Shown here: positions 10,110 through 20,250 of the stretch, one piece after another
How positions within the stretch are numbered: position 1 is the first letter of the stretch
Layout: each line of letters opens with the position of its first letter
Assembly (NCBI GenBank): GCA_963667175.2
Contig: CAXXXF010000006.1
Location: 448,001 to 512,000 of the forward strand
From: Candidatus Latescibacterota bacterium
GTDB taxonomy: Bacteria; Latescibacterota; UBA2968; GCA-2709665
DNA: 64,000 nt
Direction: 5' to 3'
Notes under the pieces: model-generated
Told to the model about the DNA's origin: nothing
The model's input: only the letters and a program-made list of their open reading frames with translations
Database searches by the model: none
Position numbers and translations under genes: made by a program

Positions 10110-11252
10110 TCAGAAATCGCTCGCACAACGAAATCCGATCTGCTCATCCGTCGCAAACGGCGCATCGAACCACCGGGTGGTCGTGTCGGCCAGGTCCCGG
10201 AACTTCCATGAACCGCCCCGCATCACGCGGTTGAGTCCGATTTCCGGCCCTTTTGGATTGTCTTTTGGCGTATCACGATAATAATCGGGGTTGAACCAGT
10301 CCTCACACCACTCCCATGCGTTGCCGGACATATCGTGCACGCCGTACGGACTCGCGCCCTTCGGATGGCTGCCCACGTCCACCGTACGTCCCACGAGATC
10401 GGCGATATTCGCGTGTTCAGGGGTAGGCGTCGCCGTTCCCCATGGATAGGGTCGCTTGTCCGTGCCGCGTGCCGCCTTTTCCCATTCCGCTTCGGTAGGG
10501 AGGCGCATTCCCGCCCATTCGCAGTAGGCTTTGGCGCCAAACCAGGTCACGTTTGTCACGGCCCGGTTGGCGAGATAAAACGCCTTGAGCACGTACTCAT
10601 CCTTGATGGTGCGCCCCAGTTCCTCGCTTTCCTCATCATCGTCCCCCTGCCGTCCCGCCAATACGTCGATCGAAATCCTTATATCCGCCCTTCTCGATTC
10701 CAGATTGTAGAGCACGTTGCCATCCGGGTCCAGGTTCCGGTTCGCCGCGTTCCGGTATGCGATATCCTCGTCCGTCTGCCAGGGCGCCGTACGGCCCACG
10801 GTTTTGGTGTTCCGGTTTCTGTCATTCAGGAAGGCGATAAACTGGACGTTGTTCACCTCGTATTTGTCGATCCTGAACGCATCCAGATAGACGACGTGTT
10901 CGGGACCGTCGGGCGGCAGCCCGCCCCGATCGGTACCCATGACGAATTCCCCCGCGGGCACCTCAAGCAGGTCGTGCCTGAGTATCGGCGCCACGGGCCC
11001 GTCGACCACTTTCTGTCCGAAGAACGTTGCGAAGATTTCGAAGTCGGGCGCGTCCACCGTGCGGCTGCCGTCCAGATCGTAAATCGGGTCTTCCGATTGA
11101 AACGCCCGCGCAAAAAGGATAAAATCGGTCAGATCGATGGTTCCATTGCCGTCAAAGTCCACGTCTTCTATGGTGACCCGTTCCGCCCACACACGCGCCG
11201 GGCCTATCGCGAGCAGGAAAATCAGGCCAACGGAAATCAGTACACGCGCCAT
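10110..11252 (-). CDS. Secreted FGE-sulfatase (SUMF1-like) domain protein with N-terminal EF-hand/dockerin-like pair
   Basis: Signal peptide; DFDGNGTIDLTDF and DLDGSRTVDAPDF; RLPTEAEWEKAARG, DMSGNAWEW, RGGSW, GFRCA. Confidence 0.88.
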   Translation of the reverse strand: MARVLISVGLIFLLAIGPARVWAERVTIEDVDFDGNGTIDLTDFILFARAFQSEDPIYDLDGSRTVDAPDFEIFATFFGQKVVDGPVAPILRHDLLEVPAGEFVMGTDRGGLPPDGPEHVVYLDAFRIDKYEVNNVQFIAFLNDRNRNTKTVGRTAPWQTDEDIAYRNAANRNLDPDGNVLYNLESRRADIRISIDVLAGRQGDDDEESEELGRTIKDEYVLKAFYLANRAVTNVTWFGAKAYCEWAGMRLPTEAEWEKAARGTDKRPYPWGTATPTPEHANIADLVGRTVDVGSHPKGASPYGVHDMSGNAWEWCEDWFNPDYYRDTPKDNPKGPEIGLNRVMRGGSWKFRDLADTTTRWFDAPFATDEQIGFRCASDF

Positions 11253-11381
11253 GTGCGAACTCTCCTTCTCCGGCGTTTTCCCCCCGATGACAGACGACTT
11301 CTCCGGCCTTTTCCGGCGCGCGCAACCGACCGTGCGCGGCCTCTTCGCATCGACACCCTTTGAAGACGGATCGGAGTCGTC

Positions 11382-14300
11382 TTACTTCTGCACCACGAAC
11401 GTGGTCTCCTTCGAAAAGGACTTGCCGCTGTTTAAATCCGTAACCTCCACCGTCAGGTAGTATTTTCCCGACCGCGCTTCCCCCAATTCCAGTTCCGTAT
11501 ACGCCACCTCCGAGTCCTGGAAGCCGAGTTGCTCATAACCCACCGCCACTTCCCTCTTGCTCGACCGTCCCCTGAGCGTTTGCGCCAGCGTGGACAATAC
11601 GCCGCCCGCCTTCGGTCCCATCGTGTACTCTACGCGGTACTGGGTCTGTCCGAATTCATCCTTCTTCAGGTTGTAAATCTCGTAATACACAAATACGTTC
11701 TGGCCCGTCCCGTAGGTTCGAGACGGCATCGGTACCACGTTCAACCCATGTTTTCCGAACTTGCCGGCATCCGTGGCGGCCTCGCTGACCCGGTATGCCA
11801 ACTCCAGGTCGCTCACGCGGAGACCTTCCCGATGGTAGGACTCCACGTCGACCTGCTGCCGGTATATTCCCAATCGGCCCGTCATCCGGTCCCGAGCCTT
11901 CACTTCCAGCCGGTACGCGCCCGGCGGCACTTCGAGCCTGACCACGTCAGGGAGGACAACCTCGGGACCCGTTCGATTGCCCGGCTGCTTGTAAAACACT
12001 TCCGCCGTCTTCCGGTAGACCTTGCCGGAAAGGGACGAGAGCAGCGCCAACTGCCGCCGGACCACCACCTGGGTGACGTTGTGTTCGGGAAGGTAATTCG
12101 GCGCCGTGCAAGGAATGCCGTAATAGATCTCCAGCACACTCTTGCCGTCTCGCCCTTTAAAGTCGGCCAGCGCATAATAGAAGTCGAACGGCGCTTCCGC
12201 GTATTCCGGCGTGAACGTATCCGGGGTGAGCGCAACCGCCTGCTTGAACACCTGTTCCGGCGAAAAACGTCGAAACCTCGAAACCTGTTCGACGTTCAAG
12301 TCGGGCGCGCTCGGCACCGGCGCAAAATCAAAGGCCCGGGAGTTGAACTCGTCGGTAAACGTAATCTCTATACCTCCGTCGATATCGAGATAGACCCACG
12401 ACTCCCAGGGCGTTGACCCGAGGTCGGCGCCGGCGCTGAGAACCGGACTGAAACCCGACCCCGCGAAGATTTCCGTGTTGACGTTGGAAGGGAGGGGTCG
12501 TGTAACCGTGCTCGCGAGTTCAGTCTGTCCGATATCTCCTCCCGCGCCGATCGTACCGGCGGTGCTGCGGCGCTCCGTGTTATTGCGGTCGGTGGACGAG
12601 CCCCCGTCCCGGCTTCCCGCCGACGTTGTCATCTGCCTCAGGTTCGAGTCCGCGCCATCCGGGTCTCCTCCCGTGAACGCGTCCCGCTCGCCCTCGATGC
12701 CCAGATCGGCCGCCGCGCTTTCGAAACCGAGAATATCGCGCTCCAAAGAGAAATTGCGGATGGGGAAGACGGGACCCATAAACGACGCGCCGATGGCCTC
12801 GGCGCCGTAGAGTTGCCTGGCCAGCCGCTCCTTCACGCGCAGCACGGGCAGATTCTGCCGGAAATTCACCTTTCGCGAGCTCGTCACGTGGTCCGGCTCG
12901 CCGAACCGGATGTACACCTCGCCGCGCCGGTCCCACGGTTCCTTACCCTTGGAAAATTCCAATTGGGCGTACCAGACTCTGCGGTAGTGTTCCAAGAGCC
13001 TTTCGTTTACAGGCGTGCCAATGTCGGGGTCGCGTACGCTCCAGAAACGCTCCAGATACGCCTCACGGTCGGCGCCCGCCGTATTTTCGTATTCCGCCAT
13101 CTCCTCCGGTAAGGCAATCAGACCGATATCGTAATAACGGGCGCGCCGCTCCGGTTCCAGCCGCGAAAGGTACGTGGAGAAAAACCCCATCGCCATATCG
13201 TATTTGTTGCGCTTCGCGCAGGCCTGAGCCAGGATCGGCATCAGTTCGATTGCGTCGGGGTATTCGTGGGTAAACGCCCGGACCTTTTCCAGAATCCGGT
13301 CGTAGTCCTTCACTTTCAGGTACGCGTGGCCCAGCCGTCTGCCCACTTTCCGGTCCGTCGGCCGCATGGCCAGATACCGGGTGTACCAGACAATGGCTTC
13401 CTCGTAATCCTCCATGAAATTGGCGTACCAATCTCCCATCAGCAGATAGGCGTCGGCGTACTCCGGGTCCGTCTTCAGGACGCGGTCCAACTCCGGCTTC
13501 ACGTCGTGCTCATTGAGCATATATCGCACGAGCGCGATCTTATATTGGGCATCCACGAAGTCCCGATCGCGCATCAAGGCCTTTCTGAAATAGCTGATGG
13601 CCTGGTAGCGCTCGTTGTGGAGTTCCATCAGCACGAGGCCGAGACCGTAGTAGGGTTCCGGATCGTCGCCTGTCAGCGAGGCCGCCTTCCTGAATGCCCA
13701 TTTTGCGCCCCTGTAGTATTTGTCTTCGAGGAACGCGTACCCCAGTTTCAGATGTGCGTCTTTGTCCCGGGGGCGCTGGTGGGCAACCACGCGGAGCGGA
13801 AAGATCGCCTCGTCCACGTCATGCCTGTCGAGCCGCGCCACGCCCAGGTCGTAGAGTGAATCGACCCCGGCGCGCGGCAGATTGCGCGACGCCACCGCGT
13901 ATCCACCGGGACCTCCAAGGAGGGTCTGCACCCGACCCCGGTGCCAGTAACAGGTCAGTACGGGACCGCCGGCGCGAACGTTCGGACGGAAAAAATATCC
14001 GACTTCAGGCATATGCGGTTCGTCGGTTGCCGGACATTGGAAGAGATGCCTGAGCTGCGCGAGGTCCCGCGCTCTTGCGGACGCGTCCGGCTGTCGCTTT
14101 TCCAACTCAGCGGACGCCCACGACAGGAGTCCGCTCAACTCTGCAGATTTTTCTTCGCCACGCGCGGCGTTGAACTCGGACATCAGATCGCCTACCACCA
14201 GCAGGCGTTCCGAGCAGACCGCTTCCTTCAATACTTCGTCGTTCTTGATGCGGCGTCGAATCCCATCGATGTAACTCTGACAGCTTCCACGCGACAGACC

Positions 14301-15131
14301 CATCGGCGCATACGCCGCTCGAAGTTCCTTGAAACCTCTCACGGCCTCCCGGTAGGCATCCCTGGCGCTTCGGTACTCGCCCCGATGCATGGCGTGGTGA
14401 CCCCGCACCCACCAGTTCAACGCCTGGTGAACCATCAGCATGGCGGCGTCGATTTCCGATTCCTGCGCCAGTTGCGGAGGGCTGCCGCCACTGGCATTGT
14501 CCGGACCGGCCCACGCCGGCACGCTGCCGCCGTTCATTCCGATAAAGGAAACCTTTCCGTCGACCACAGCGGTCACGGCGTCCGCGGCTGCGGACCACGC
14601 CAACGGGCCTCGCACGCGTCCGGCCGCGAGCAACGTGCCTCGTCCGAATGCATCGACGGTCCACAATCCGCGGCGGTCCGTTACGGCCAGCCGGCTTCCG
14701 TCGGGCGAAACGGCCATATCGACGGGATCCATTCCCTCAGGCAATCGCCAGAGAGACTCCCCGGATGCATCTATCCGCCAGATGCGGTTGCGGATCAGGG
14801 CCAGGCGCCGCTGTTTTCGGGTGTCGGACGTCAGCCTCCCCAGGGGCGTCGTGCCGAACGCAACGTGATCCAGCCCCCGCTCCAGGTAAACCAGTCCACC
14901 GCCGGGCAGGCAGCCCACGTCACCAGGCGGGCCCAGGAAGATTCCCACCCTGGTGGGCGGCGTCCCGTCTGTTCGCCCCTCCCAGACCTGGGTAAACAGG
15001 ACCATCGGCTTCCCGGAGGGCGCCAGCCACACCACTCGCTCACCGTCAGGCGAGGACGTCGCGGACGGCACGGATTGAGCCCGGGTCGCAAGCCCCAGCA
15101 GGGCGACTGCGACAGTGAGAAATCTCAACAA
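11382..15131 (-). CDS. Secreted TPR + GWxTD-domain protein (1249 aa)
   Basis: Signal peptide; multiple TPRs; FWSVRDP...NERLLEHYRRVWYA...PWDRRGEVYIRFGEPD characteristic of the GWxTD domain. Confidence 0.82.
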   Translation of the reverse strand: MLRFLTVAVALLGLATRAQSVPSATSSPDGERVVWLAPSGKPMVLFTQVWEGRTDGTPPTRVGIFLGPPGDVGCLPGGGLVYLERGLDHVAFGTTPLGRLTSDTRKQRRLALIRNRIWRIDASGESLWRLPEGMDPVDMAVSPDGSRLAVTDRRGLWTVDAFGRGTLLAAGRVRGPLAWSAAADAVTAVVDGKVSFIGMNGGSVPAWAGPDNASGGSPPQLAQESEIDAAMLMVHQALNWWVRGHHAMHRGEYRSARDAYREAVRGFKELRAAYAPMGLSRGSCQSYIDGIRRRIKNDEVLKEAVCSERLLVVGDLMSEFNAARGEEKSAELSGLLSWASAELEKRQPDASARARDLAQLRHLFQCPATDEPHMPEVGYFFRPNVRAGGPVLTCYWHRGRVQTLLGGPGGYAVASRNLPRAGVDSLYDLGVARLDRHDVDEAIFPLRVVAHQRPRDKDAHLKLGYAFLEDKYYRGAKWAFRKAASLTGDDPEPYYGLGLVLMELHNERYQAISYFRKALMRDRDFVDAQYKIALVRYMLNEHDVKPELDRVLKTDPEYADAYLLMGDWYANFMEDYEEAIVWYTRYLAMRPTDRKVGRRLGHAYLKVKDYDRILEKVRAFTHEYPDAIELMPILAQACAKRNKYDMAMGFFSTYLSRLEPERRARYYDIGLIALPEEMAEYENTAGADREAYLERFWSVRDPDIGTPVNERLLEHYRRVWYAQLEFSKGKEPWDRRGEVYIRFGEPDHVTSSRKVNFRQNLPVLRVKERLARQLYGAEAIGASFMGPVFPIRNFSLERDILGFESAAADLGIEGERDAFTGGDPDGADSNLRQMTTSAGSRDGGSSTDRNNTERRSTAGTIGAGGDIGQTELASTVTRPLPSNVNTEIFAGSGFSPVLSAGADLGSTPWESWVYLDIDGGIEITFTDEFNSRAFDFAPVPSAPDLNVEQVSRFRRFSPEQVFKQAVALTPDTFTPEYAEAPFDFYYALADFKGRDGKSVLEIYYGIPCTAPNYLPEHNVTQVVVRRQLALLSSLSGKVYRKTAEVFYKQPGNRTGPEVVLPDVVRLEVPPGAYRLEVKARDRMTGRLGIYRQQVDVESYHREGLRVSDLELAYRVSEAATDAGKFGKHGLNVVPMPSRTYGTGQNVFVYYEIYNLKKDEFGQTQYRVEYTMGPKAGGVLSTLAQTLRGRSSKREVAVGYEQLGFQDSEVAYTELELGEARSGKYYLTVEVTDLNSGKSFSKETTFVVQK

Positions 15132-15199
15132 GCGCTCCTCCGGACCTCACAACTGGCAGAGAAGGACACGCGACGAGCAATGCCTACAAGATAAGAAAC

Positions 15200-16429
15200 T
15201 TACCCGCCTTTAAACAACCCTTCTATCGCGATGACTTCCAACGCCTCGCCCATCGCACGGACGGCCTGGTCGATATCCGCCTCCGTGTGCGAATAGTTCG
15301 TATAGCAGACCGAATAGACGATGATCCCTCGCTTCAGTACTTCCTCGTTGAACCTGAGAAACAGCCGGCCCGCATCGGGATGGTCGAACACCAGTTGACC
15401 GACGGGGGGCGCCCCCACGAAGCTCACCGGCAGCCCCAATCTCTCGCTGCAGGCATTGAAGCCTTCGTGAAGCTGTTCGCCGCGATTCCACAACGTGCCG
15501 ATCACGTCCTCACGTTCATAGACGTCCAGCACGGCGCGCGCCGCGGCCAGTCCAAGGGTGTCCCCTCCGAACGTGGACGACACCACGCAATCCTTCACCG
15601 TCTCCATCACCGCCGCATGTCCCACAAAGCAGGAGAGCGGCACGCCGTTCGACAACCCCTTGGCAAACACCGCCAGGTCGGGAACCACCCCGAAGTACTC
15701 CTGCGCGCCAGCGCGCCGCAGGCGGAACCCCGTGACGATCTCGTCGAAAATGAGGACGGCCCCGCGCTGTTCGGTCAACTTCCGCAATTCCTTCAGAAAC
15801 GAACGCCCCTGTTCAACTTCCGCGTACGCGCAGGCCACGCTGACGGCCGCAATCTCATCCGGCGCGGCCTCGAATGCCGCCGCATACGGACCGATTTCGC
15901 CCCACGGCAACGCCATGTACGTCTTTCGAGTTGCCTCCGGCACCCCGCCGCGAGCCATTGTATTGACCCAGCCGTGATATCCGCAGGTCAGGATGAGTTC
16001 CCGTTCCGTAAACGCCCTCGAGAGGCGGTGGGCGGCCGCCATCGCCTCGCCGCCCGTTTTCAGGAATCGGACCCGTTCCGCGCACGGCAATCCCTCGACC
16101 AGCCGCTGTGCGACTTCGACCTCCAGCGGGTGGGGATAGCTGAACACGATCCCACTCTCCAGTTGCGCTTTGACGGCCTCATCCACCGCAGGGAAACGGT
16201 AGCCCAGGGTGATCGGTCCCAGTCCGTTCCTGAAATCGATGTATTCATTGCCGTCGGCGTCCCACACCCGGCATCCGTCACCCCGAACCAGGTAGCAAGG
16301 CTCCACGCCCCGCAACGCCTCTCGCGGAGCCTTGGAATGGGTCTGTGTGCCCAGCGGGATCACCTGCTGCGCCAGGTCATACAGCTCCCACGAGCGCGCA
16401 ACCGATCGCCCGACCTCCGTTGTCATCAT
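15200..16429 (-). CDS. Class III PLP aminotransferase (glutamate-1-semialdehyde aminomutase-like)
   Basis: WDADGNEYIDF, FLKTGGEA, LIFDEIVTGFR, PDLAVFAKGLSNG (PLP Lys), SSTFGG; AGGAGG RBS before ATG 16429. Confidence 0.9.
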   Translation of the reverse strand: MMTTEVGRSVARSWELYDLAQQVIPLGTQTHSKAPREALRGVEPCYLVRGDGCRVWDADGNEYIDFRNGLGPITLGYRFPAVDEAVKAQLESGIVFSYPHPLEVEVAQRLVEGLPCAERVRFLKTGGEAMAAAHRLSRAFTERELILTCGYHGWVNTMARGGVPEATRKTYMALPWGEIGPYAAAFEAAPDEIAAVSVACAYAEVEQGRSFLKELRKLTEQRGAVLIFDEIVTGFRLRRAGAQEYFGVVPDLAVFAKGLSNGVPLSCFVGHAAVMETVKDCVVSSTFGGDTLGLAAARAVLDVYEREDVIGTLWNRGEQLHEGFNACSERLGLPVSFVGAPPVGQLVFDHPDAGRLFLRFNEEVLKRGIIVYSVCYTNYSHTEADIDQAVRAMGEALEVIAIEGLFKGG

Positions 16430-16508
16430 CCACCTCCTGAGGAATCCTGTATAGAGGCCTCGATCGAGAGCGGGGTCCAACTTCCGCCGGGCGCCCGCAG
16501 CCAGCGGA

Positions 16509-18485
16509 TCAATACCCGTGGATCGAATGCCCGCCGCCCGGAAACCAGACCATATCCACAATCAACGAAACCCCCACGCCCGTGGAATAACCGACCAGAA
16601 CGCCGAGGAAAAACGGCACGTAGCGACGGTAGAGCGCGGCCCCGCCGATTCGCAATATGAGGAATTTGATGGCCCATGCCAGAAAGACCGAAAACACTGT
16701 ATATCGTACAGACGTTCCCGTTCCGGCGAGCGCGAATCCGACGGGGTGGAACGGCCACCACGGAAACCGGTACTTCAGAAACGTCAACAACGACATCACG
16801 CCCGCGCCGATGCCGAACAGACTCAGCTGCAGACGATGGGGCGGCTCCGGGTTGTTCATCTGGGTCAACACGCCGGCGAAGCCGGATTTGCTGTAGCGGG
16901 CGAACGGATAGTCGTTGAAATTGAAGGCCCCGTACGTGTAACCGAGGTACAACGTGAACAGAATCGAAAACACACATCCCACACCGAATGCCAACAGCAC
17001 CGCCGCAAGCACACGCCGCCGCCCGCTTACCGGACAGACGTCCGCCAGTTTGGCGCCGTGAATGACCGACGGCATAAACAGGCCCTTGCCGTAGGACGCA
17101 ATGCCATTCGTGAATCCCAACGTTGTCAGGCTGGAACCCGACAGATTCCGAGACCCGAACAGCGACGTAACGAACCGCTGCGGACCCACCGGCATGCTGA
17201 TGAATACCAGTCCCACGTCTGACACGATGCGCGCAACGCCCAGATACAGGACGAATGCCGCCAGAACGAACGCACACGCCAGAACCAGACTCATCCCCGC
17301 CTGCCACCACCAGAAAACGGCGAACAGAACGCACGCAGCCAGCCCGAACACCGCCGTTCGGAATGACATCATTTCGTCTTTTTCGTCGAGCGGCGCTACC
17401 CTCCCGAGCGCTTTCATGAAGACCAGCCTCAAGTGGTTCCGAGAGGTCCAGAATCCCCAACCCACCATCGCGAAAAACGCGCCAAGCGGCAGCCACTGAA
17501 AATCGGCGGAGGCGTGGGACCACGAACTGGCGTTGTAACCCAGCCGGTTCAGGATTCCGCTACGAATGATGAACAGAAGATCGAAAAACCAGAGGCTGAA
17601 CAGGACGTCGATATTCGCAAAATAGCAGAAGGAGATCGTGAACATGTTGATCCTGGTCCACAATCCCGGGAAATACCGTTCGAACTTGATCCACGGTCCC
17701 CAGCGTATATTGGGAACCTGAGGGAATCCCGGTATGAAATAGTTGATCATATTCCACGCCAGGATGCCGAAAGCGACCGCGAAGCCAATCCAGAAGAGCC
17801 GTGGGAACGCCAATGACCGGGCGCGTTCCGTAAGGTCCGTGACCGGGCGCAGAATCGGAAACGAAATGCGTTCGCTTTCCACCCACTGCTTTCGCAGGAT
17901 CACCGCGAGGCAGACGGAACCGAAGAAAAGAGCGGAAATCAGCCCCATCCAGCAAGCCACCGGAACGAACCAGGCATTCCAGGGAATGGCATCGCCGGGC
18001 GGCAGTCCTTCAAACAGGTGATTGAGCGTGCCGTTCGTATTTCTTGGCGCGAGCCAGTGCGGAATATAGGGATGGAAGAACTCTCCCCACTGGTTCTCCG
18101 GCGTCGCGAAGTAGAAGGGCGCCGCGATCGCCCCCAGGAAATACCCCGTCAGGCCCACGGACGGAATCGCGCCGCCGACCAGACCGCCCGCGAGCACGAC
18201 CAGGAGTTCCGTCGACGATAGCGCGTACCGACGCGAAAGGACCCGGCACAGCGGGTTCAGTCCCAGGGCAAGCAGGAGGTAGGGCAGCAGCGTACCCATC
18301 GGAAAATGACTCAACGTCATACGCGACGCGTGGACGACGTACTCCACGTAATTCACGACGACGTTCACCCCGACGGCCAATACTCCCGCCAGCAGTACGC
18401 TGCGCAGCGTCACCGACTGCCTGTCACGTCCACCCTCGACGTCGGTCGATACGGCAACGGCGGATGCTTCTGCCATCGTACCCAT
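16509..18485 (-). CDS. Polytopic membrane protein of DUF6785/DUF6784 type (OPT-like)
   Basis: Many hydrophobic segments; LRKQWVESERISFP and C-terminal RFPWWPFHPVGF...PFFLG motifs recalled for this family. Confidence 0.75.
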   Translation of the reverse strand: MGTMAEASAVAVSTDVEGGRDRQSVTLRSVLLAGVLAVGVNVVVNYVEYVVHASRMTLSHFPMGTLLPYLLLALGLNPLCRVLSRRYALSSTELLVVLAGGLVGGAIPSVGLTGYFLGAIAAPFYFATPENQWGEFFHPYIPHWLAPRNTNGTLNHLFEGLPPGDAIPWNAWFVPVACWMGLISALFFGSVCLAVILRKQWVESERISFPILRPVTDLTERARSLAFPRLFWIGFAVAFGILAWNMINYFIPGFPQVPNIRWGPWIKFERYFPGLWTRINMFTISFCYFANIDVLFSLWFFDLLFIIRSGILNRLGYNASSWSHASADFQWLPLGAFFAMVGWGFWTSRNHLRLVFMKALGRVAPLDEKDEMMSFRTAVFGLAACVLFAVFWWWQAGMSLVLACAFVLAAFVLYLGVARIVSDVGLVFISMPVGPQRFVTSLFGSRNLSGSSLTTLGFTNGIASYGKGLFMPSVIHGAKLADVCPVSGRRRVLAAVLLAFGVGCVFSILFTLYLGYTYGAFNFNDYPFARYSKSGFAGVLTQMNNPEPPHRLQLSLFGIGAGVMSLLTFLKYRFPWWPFHPVGFALAGTGTSVRYTVFSVFLAWAIKFLILRIGGAALYRRYVPFFLGVLVGYSTGVGVSLIVDMVWFPGGGHSIHGY

Positions 18486-18734
18486 CCTTGCGTCTTGTGA
18501 TACCCACTGTAGCGAGCCGCCGGTTCACCCCGGATTCAGGACGAATGAGATCGGGGTCAGCGATTCTCACGCCCGGCCCGAGGCGTACTATCGGACACAG
18601 CAATATACAAAACGAACGTAACAAACACAAAAAAACGGGCTTCAGCGATTGAGCCCGGTACGTGAAACGTCGCCATCGAATCTGAATCCCCACGGGGAAT
18701 GGCTGTCCTCGTGGGAACGGTATTTGCTTTAAAA

Positions 18735-18763
18735 TTGACTCAGGGGCGATCGTTGTTTACTTT
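18735..18763 (+). promoter_or_regulatory. Putative sigma70 promoter of the DUF4160/DUF2442 pair
   Basis: TTGACT-17nt-TACTTT, 33 nt upstream of ATG 18797. Confidence 0.45.
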
Positions 18764-18796
18764 AATTCAACGGACGCAGGCGGAGCGAATTCCAAA

Positions 18797-19030
18797 ATGC
18801 CGACGATTTCGATTGAAGGGTACAAGCTTCGGTTCTATTCTTCAGACCGGTTCGAACCGCCGCACGTCCATGCGATAAAGGGAGGCAACGAAGCGAAAAT
18901 CTGGCTTCAGCCGATAGAGGTAGAACACAACTACGGTTTCAATCCGGTGGAATTGAATCGCATTGTCAGATTAACTAAACGGAATCGACAAAGGCTACTG
19001 GAGGCGTGGAATGTCTATTTTACCCGATGA
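18797..19030 (+). CDS. DUF4160-family protein (putative toxin of a TA pair)
   Basis: 77 aa MPTI...FYSSDRFEPPHVH...EAKIWL...LLEAWN pattern. Confidence 0.85.
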   Translation: MPTISIEGYKLRFYSSDRFEPPHVHAIKGGNEAKIWLQPIEVEHNYGFNPVELNRIVRLTKRNRQRLLEAWNVYFTR

Positions 19031-19277
19031 AACCACCAGTCAGGTCAAGGCAATCGGGGTTCGATTCGTCGACAACAGGCTACACATTTCGTTGGACGAC
19101 GGCCGGGACATCAGCCTCTCCGTCCACAGGTTCGATTGGCTGGACTGGCTTGCAAAAGCAACTCCTGAGCAACGGGACAACTGGTCCATCGAGCCCGGAG
19201 GCTTCGCGGTGTATTGGGTAGACCTGGACGACGGCATCGAAATCAGGCATCTATTAAACATGCAGCCCCTTTCATAG
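19011..19277 (+). CDS. DUF2442-family protein (putative antitoxin)
   Basis: 88 aa with LHISLDDGR...LAKATPEQRDNW...GFAVYWVDLDDGI; overlaps the upstream DUF4160 gene. Confidence 0.85.
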   Translation: MSILPDETTSQVKAIGVRFVDNRLHISLDDGRDISLSVHRFDWLDWLAKATPEQRDNWSIEPGGFAVYWVDLDDGIEIRHLLNMQPLS

Positions 19278-19439
19278 CCACGCGGACGCCTTACGGCATT
19301 CAATCAAATTCAGCAAATTGAACGTTCCGCACAGGATGTGGAACGGCACGACCTGCCCTTCTCAATTAGATGGTTCCGGGCAGGATCGTTCTCTTTTTGC
19401 GTATTTATCGGGGCACGGGAGCCAATTACAGCATACTCT

Positions 19440-19811
19440 TTACGGAAGCACTCTTATGCCGACTCTGCCGCCGTCGATAACCTGAACCGTCAACTCATGG
19501 CCGTCCAGCAAAGACATACCAACCAGCGGGTCGCTGTCCACACAATCCACTGCAATACGACGCATTCTGCCGTCCCAAATAACAGTCGCTTCGTAAACGT
19601 CGAATAGGGCTTCATTCCCATCAGCCAGCATGGCCCGGCCTCGCCTGCGCCAGGGAAGGCCAAGGGATGCGATCTGCAATTTAGGCAGGGTCAACCAGCC
19701 ATCGAACCCTGTGTCAATAACTGCCTCGACATCTTGTTCCTGCTCCTCGACGCCTCGCACCGTTACGGGAATCACGGCCTCTCGGTCGGCGGTAACGACT
19801 CCGACAATCAC
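19440..19811 (-). CDS. Clan AA (retropepsin-like) aspartic protease
   Basis: AVIDTGFDGWL catalytic motif, LADG flap, PLVGMSLL; GTG start overlaps the upstream TGA (GTGA). Confidence 0.85.
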   Translation of the reverse strand: MIVGVVTADREAVIPVTVRGVEEQEQDVEAVIDTGFDGWLTLPKLQIASLGLPWRRRGRAMLADGNEALFDVYEATVIWDGRMRRIAVDCVDSDPLVGMSLLDGHELTVQVIDGGRVGIRVLP

Positions 19812-20083
19812 GTGTTTAGCGACCGGTAGCGCGGTCCAAAGCGGCGGGTAAAGCGAGAACCTATTCGCCTCATCCATATTTGCGCGTCAGGCCTGCGGGA
19901 CAGAAGACGATCTGACGCCGCAAGTTCGTCCGTATCAACCTCATAATCACCTGTCTCTATATCGATGACAATAATCTTCCCCTTGTTTTCCGCCTCAACG
20001 CGTTGGCGTATGTCCCGCTCGTAAATCTCATCCCCGCGCCGGGCAAATTGTTCTTTGGCATAGCGGGGGTGCGATACGGGCAT
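19808..20083 (-). CDS. Small protein translationally coupled to the aspartic protease (antitoxin-like partner)
   Basis: 91 aa, GKIIVIDIETGDYEVD...PDAQIWMRRIG; strong GAGGAGG RBS; stop overlaps the protease start. Confidence 0.75.
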   Translation of the reverse strand: MPVSHPRYAKEQFARRGDEIYERDIRQRVEAENKGKIIVIDIETGDYEVDTDELAASDRLLSRRPDAQIWMRRIGSRFTRRFGPRYRSLNT

Positions 20084-20250
20084 CGTCTTCCTCCTCTTCT
20101 ATGGTTTCATATTTTTTTCATGGCAATGTGAACACAAACATCTACTTGAGAAATATACAACTTGAATAGAGTAAAGTCCAGGTTCGACGTATCCTGCTTT
20201 TAACTGGGGTGGACAGAAAACAGGATCAAGGGAGGACTTGCACAACGGGA

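Noticed and set aside
15200-16429. Assigning hemL
   Set aside because: The family is clear, but there is no tetrapyrrole context and the sequence is divergent, so no symbol is given
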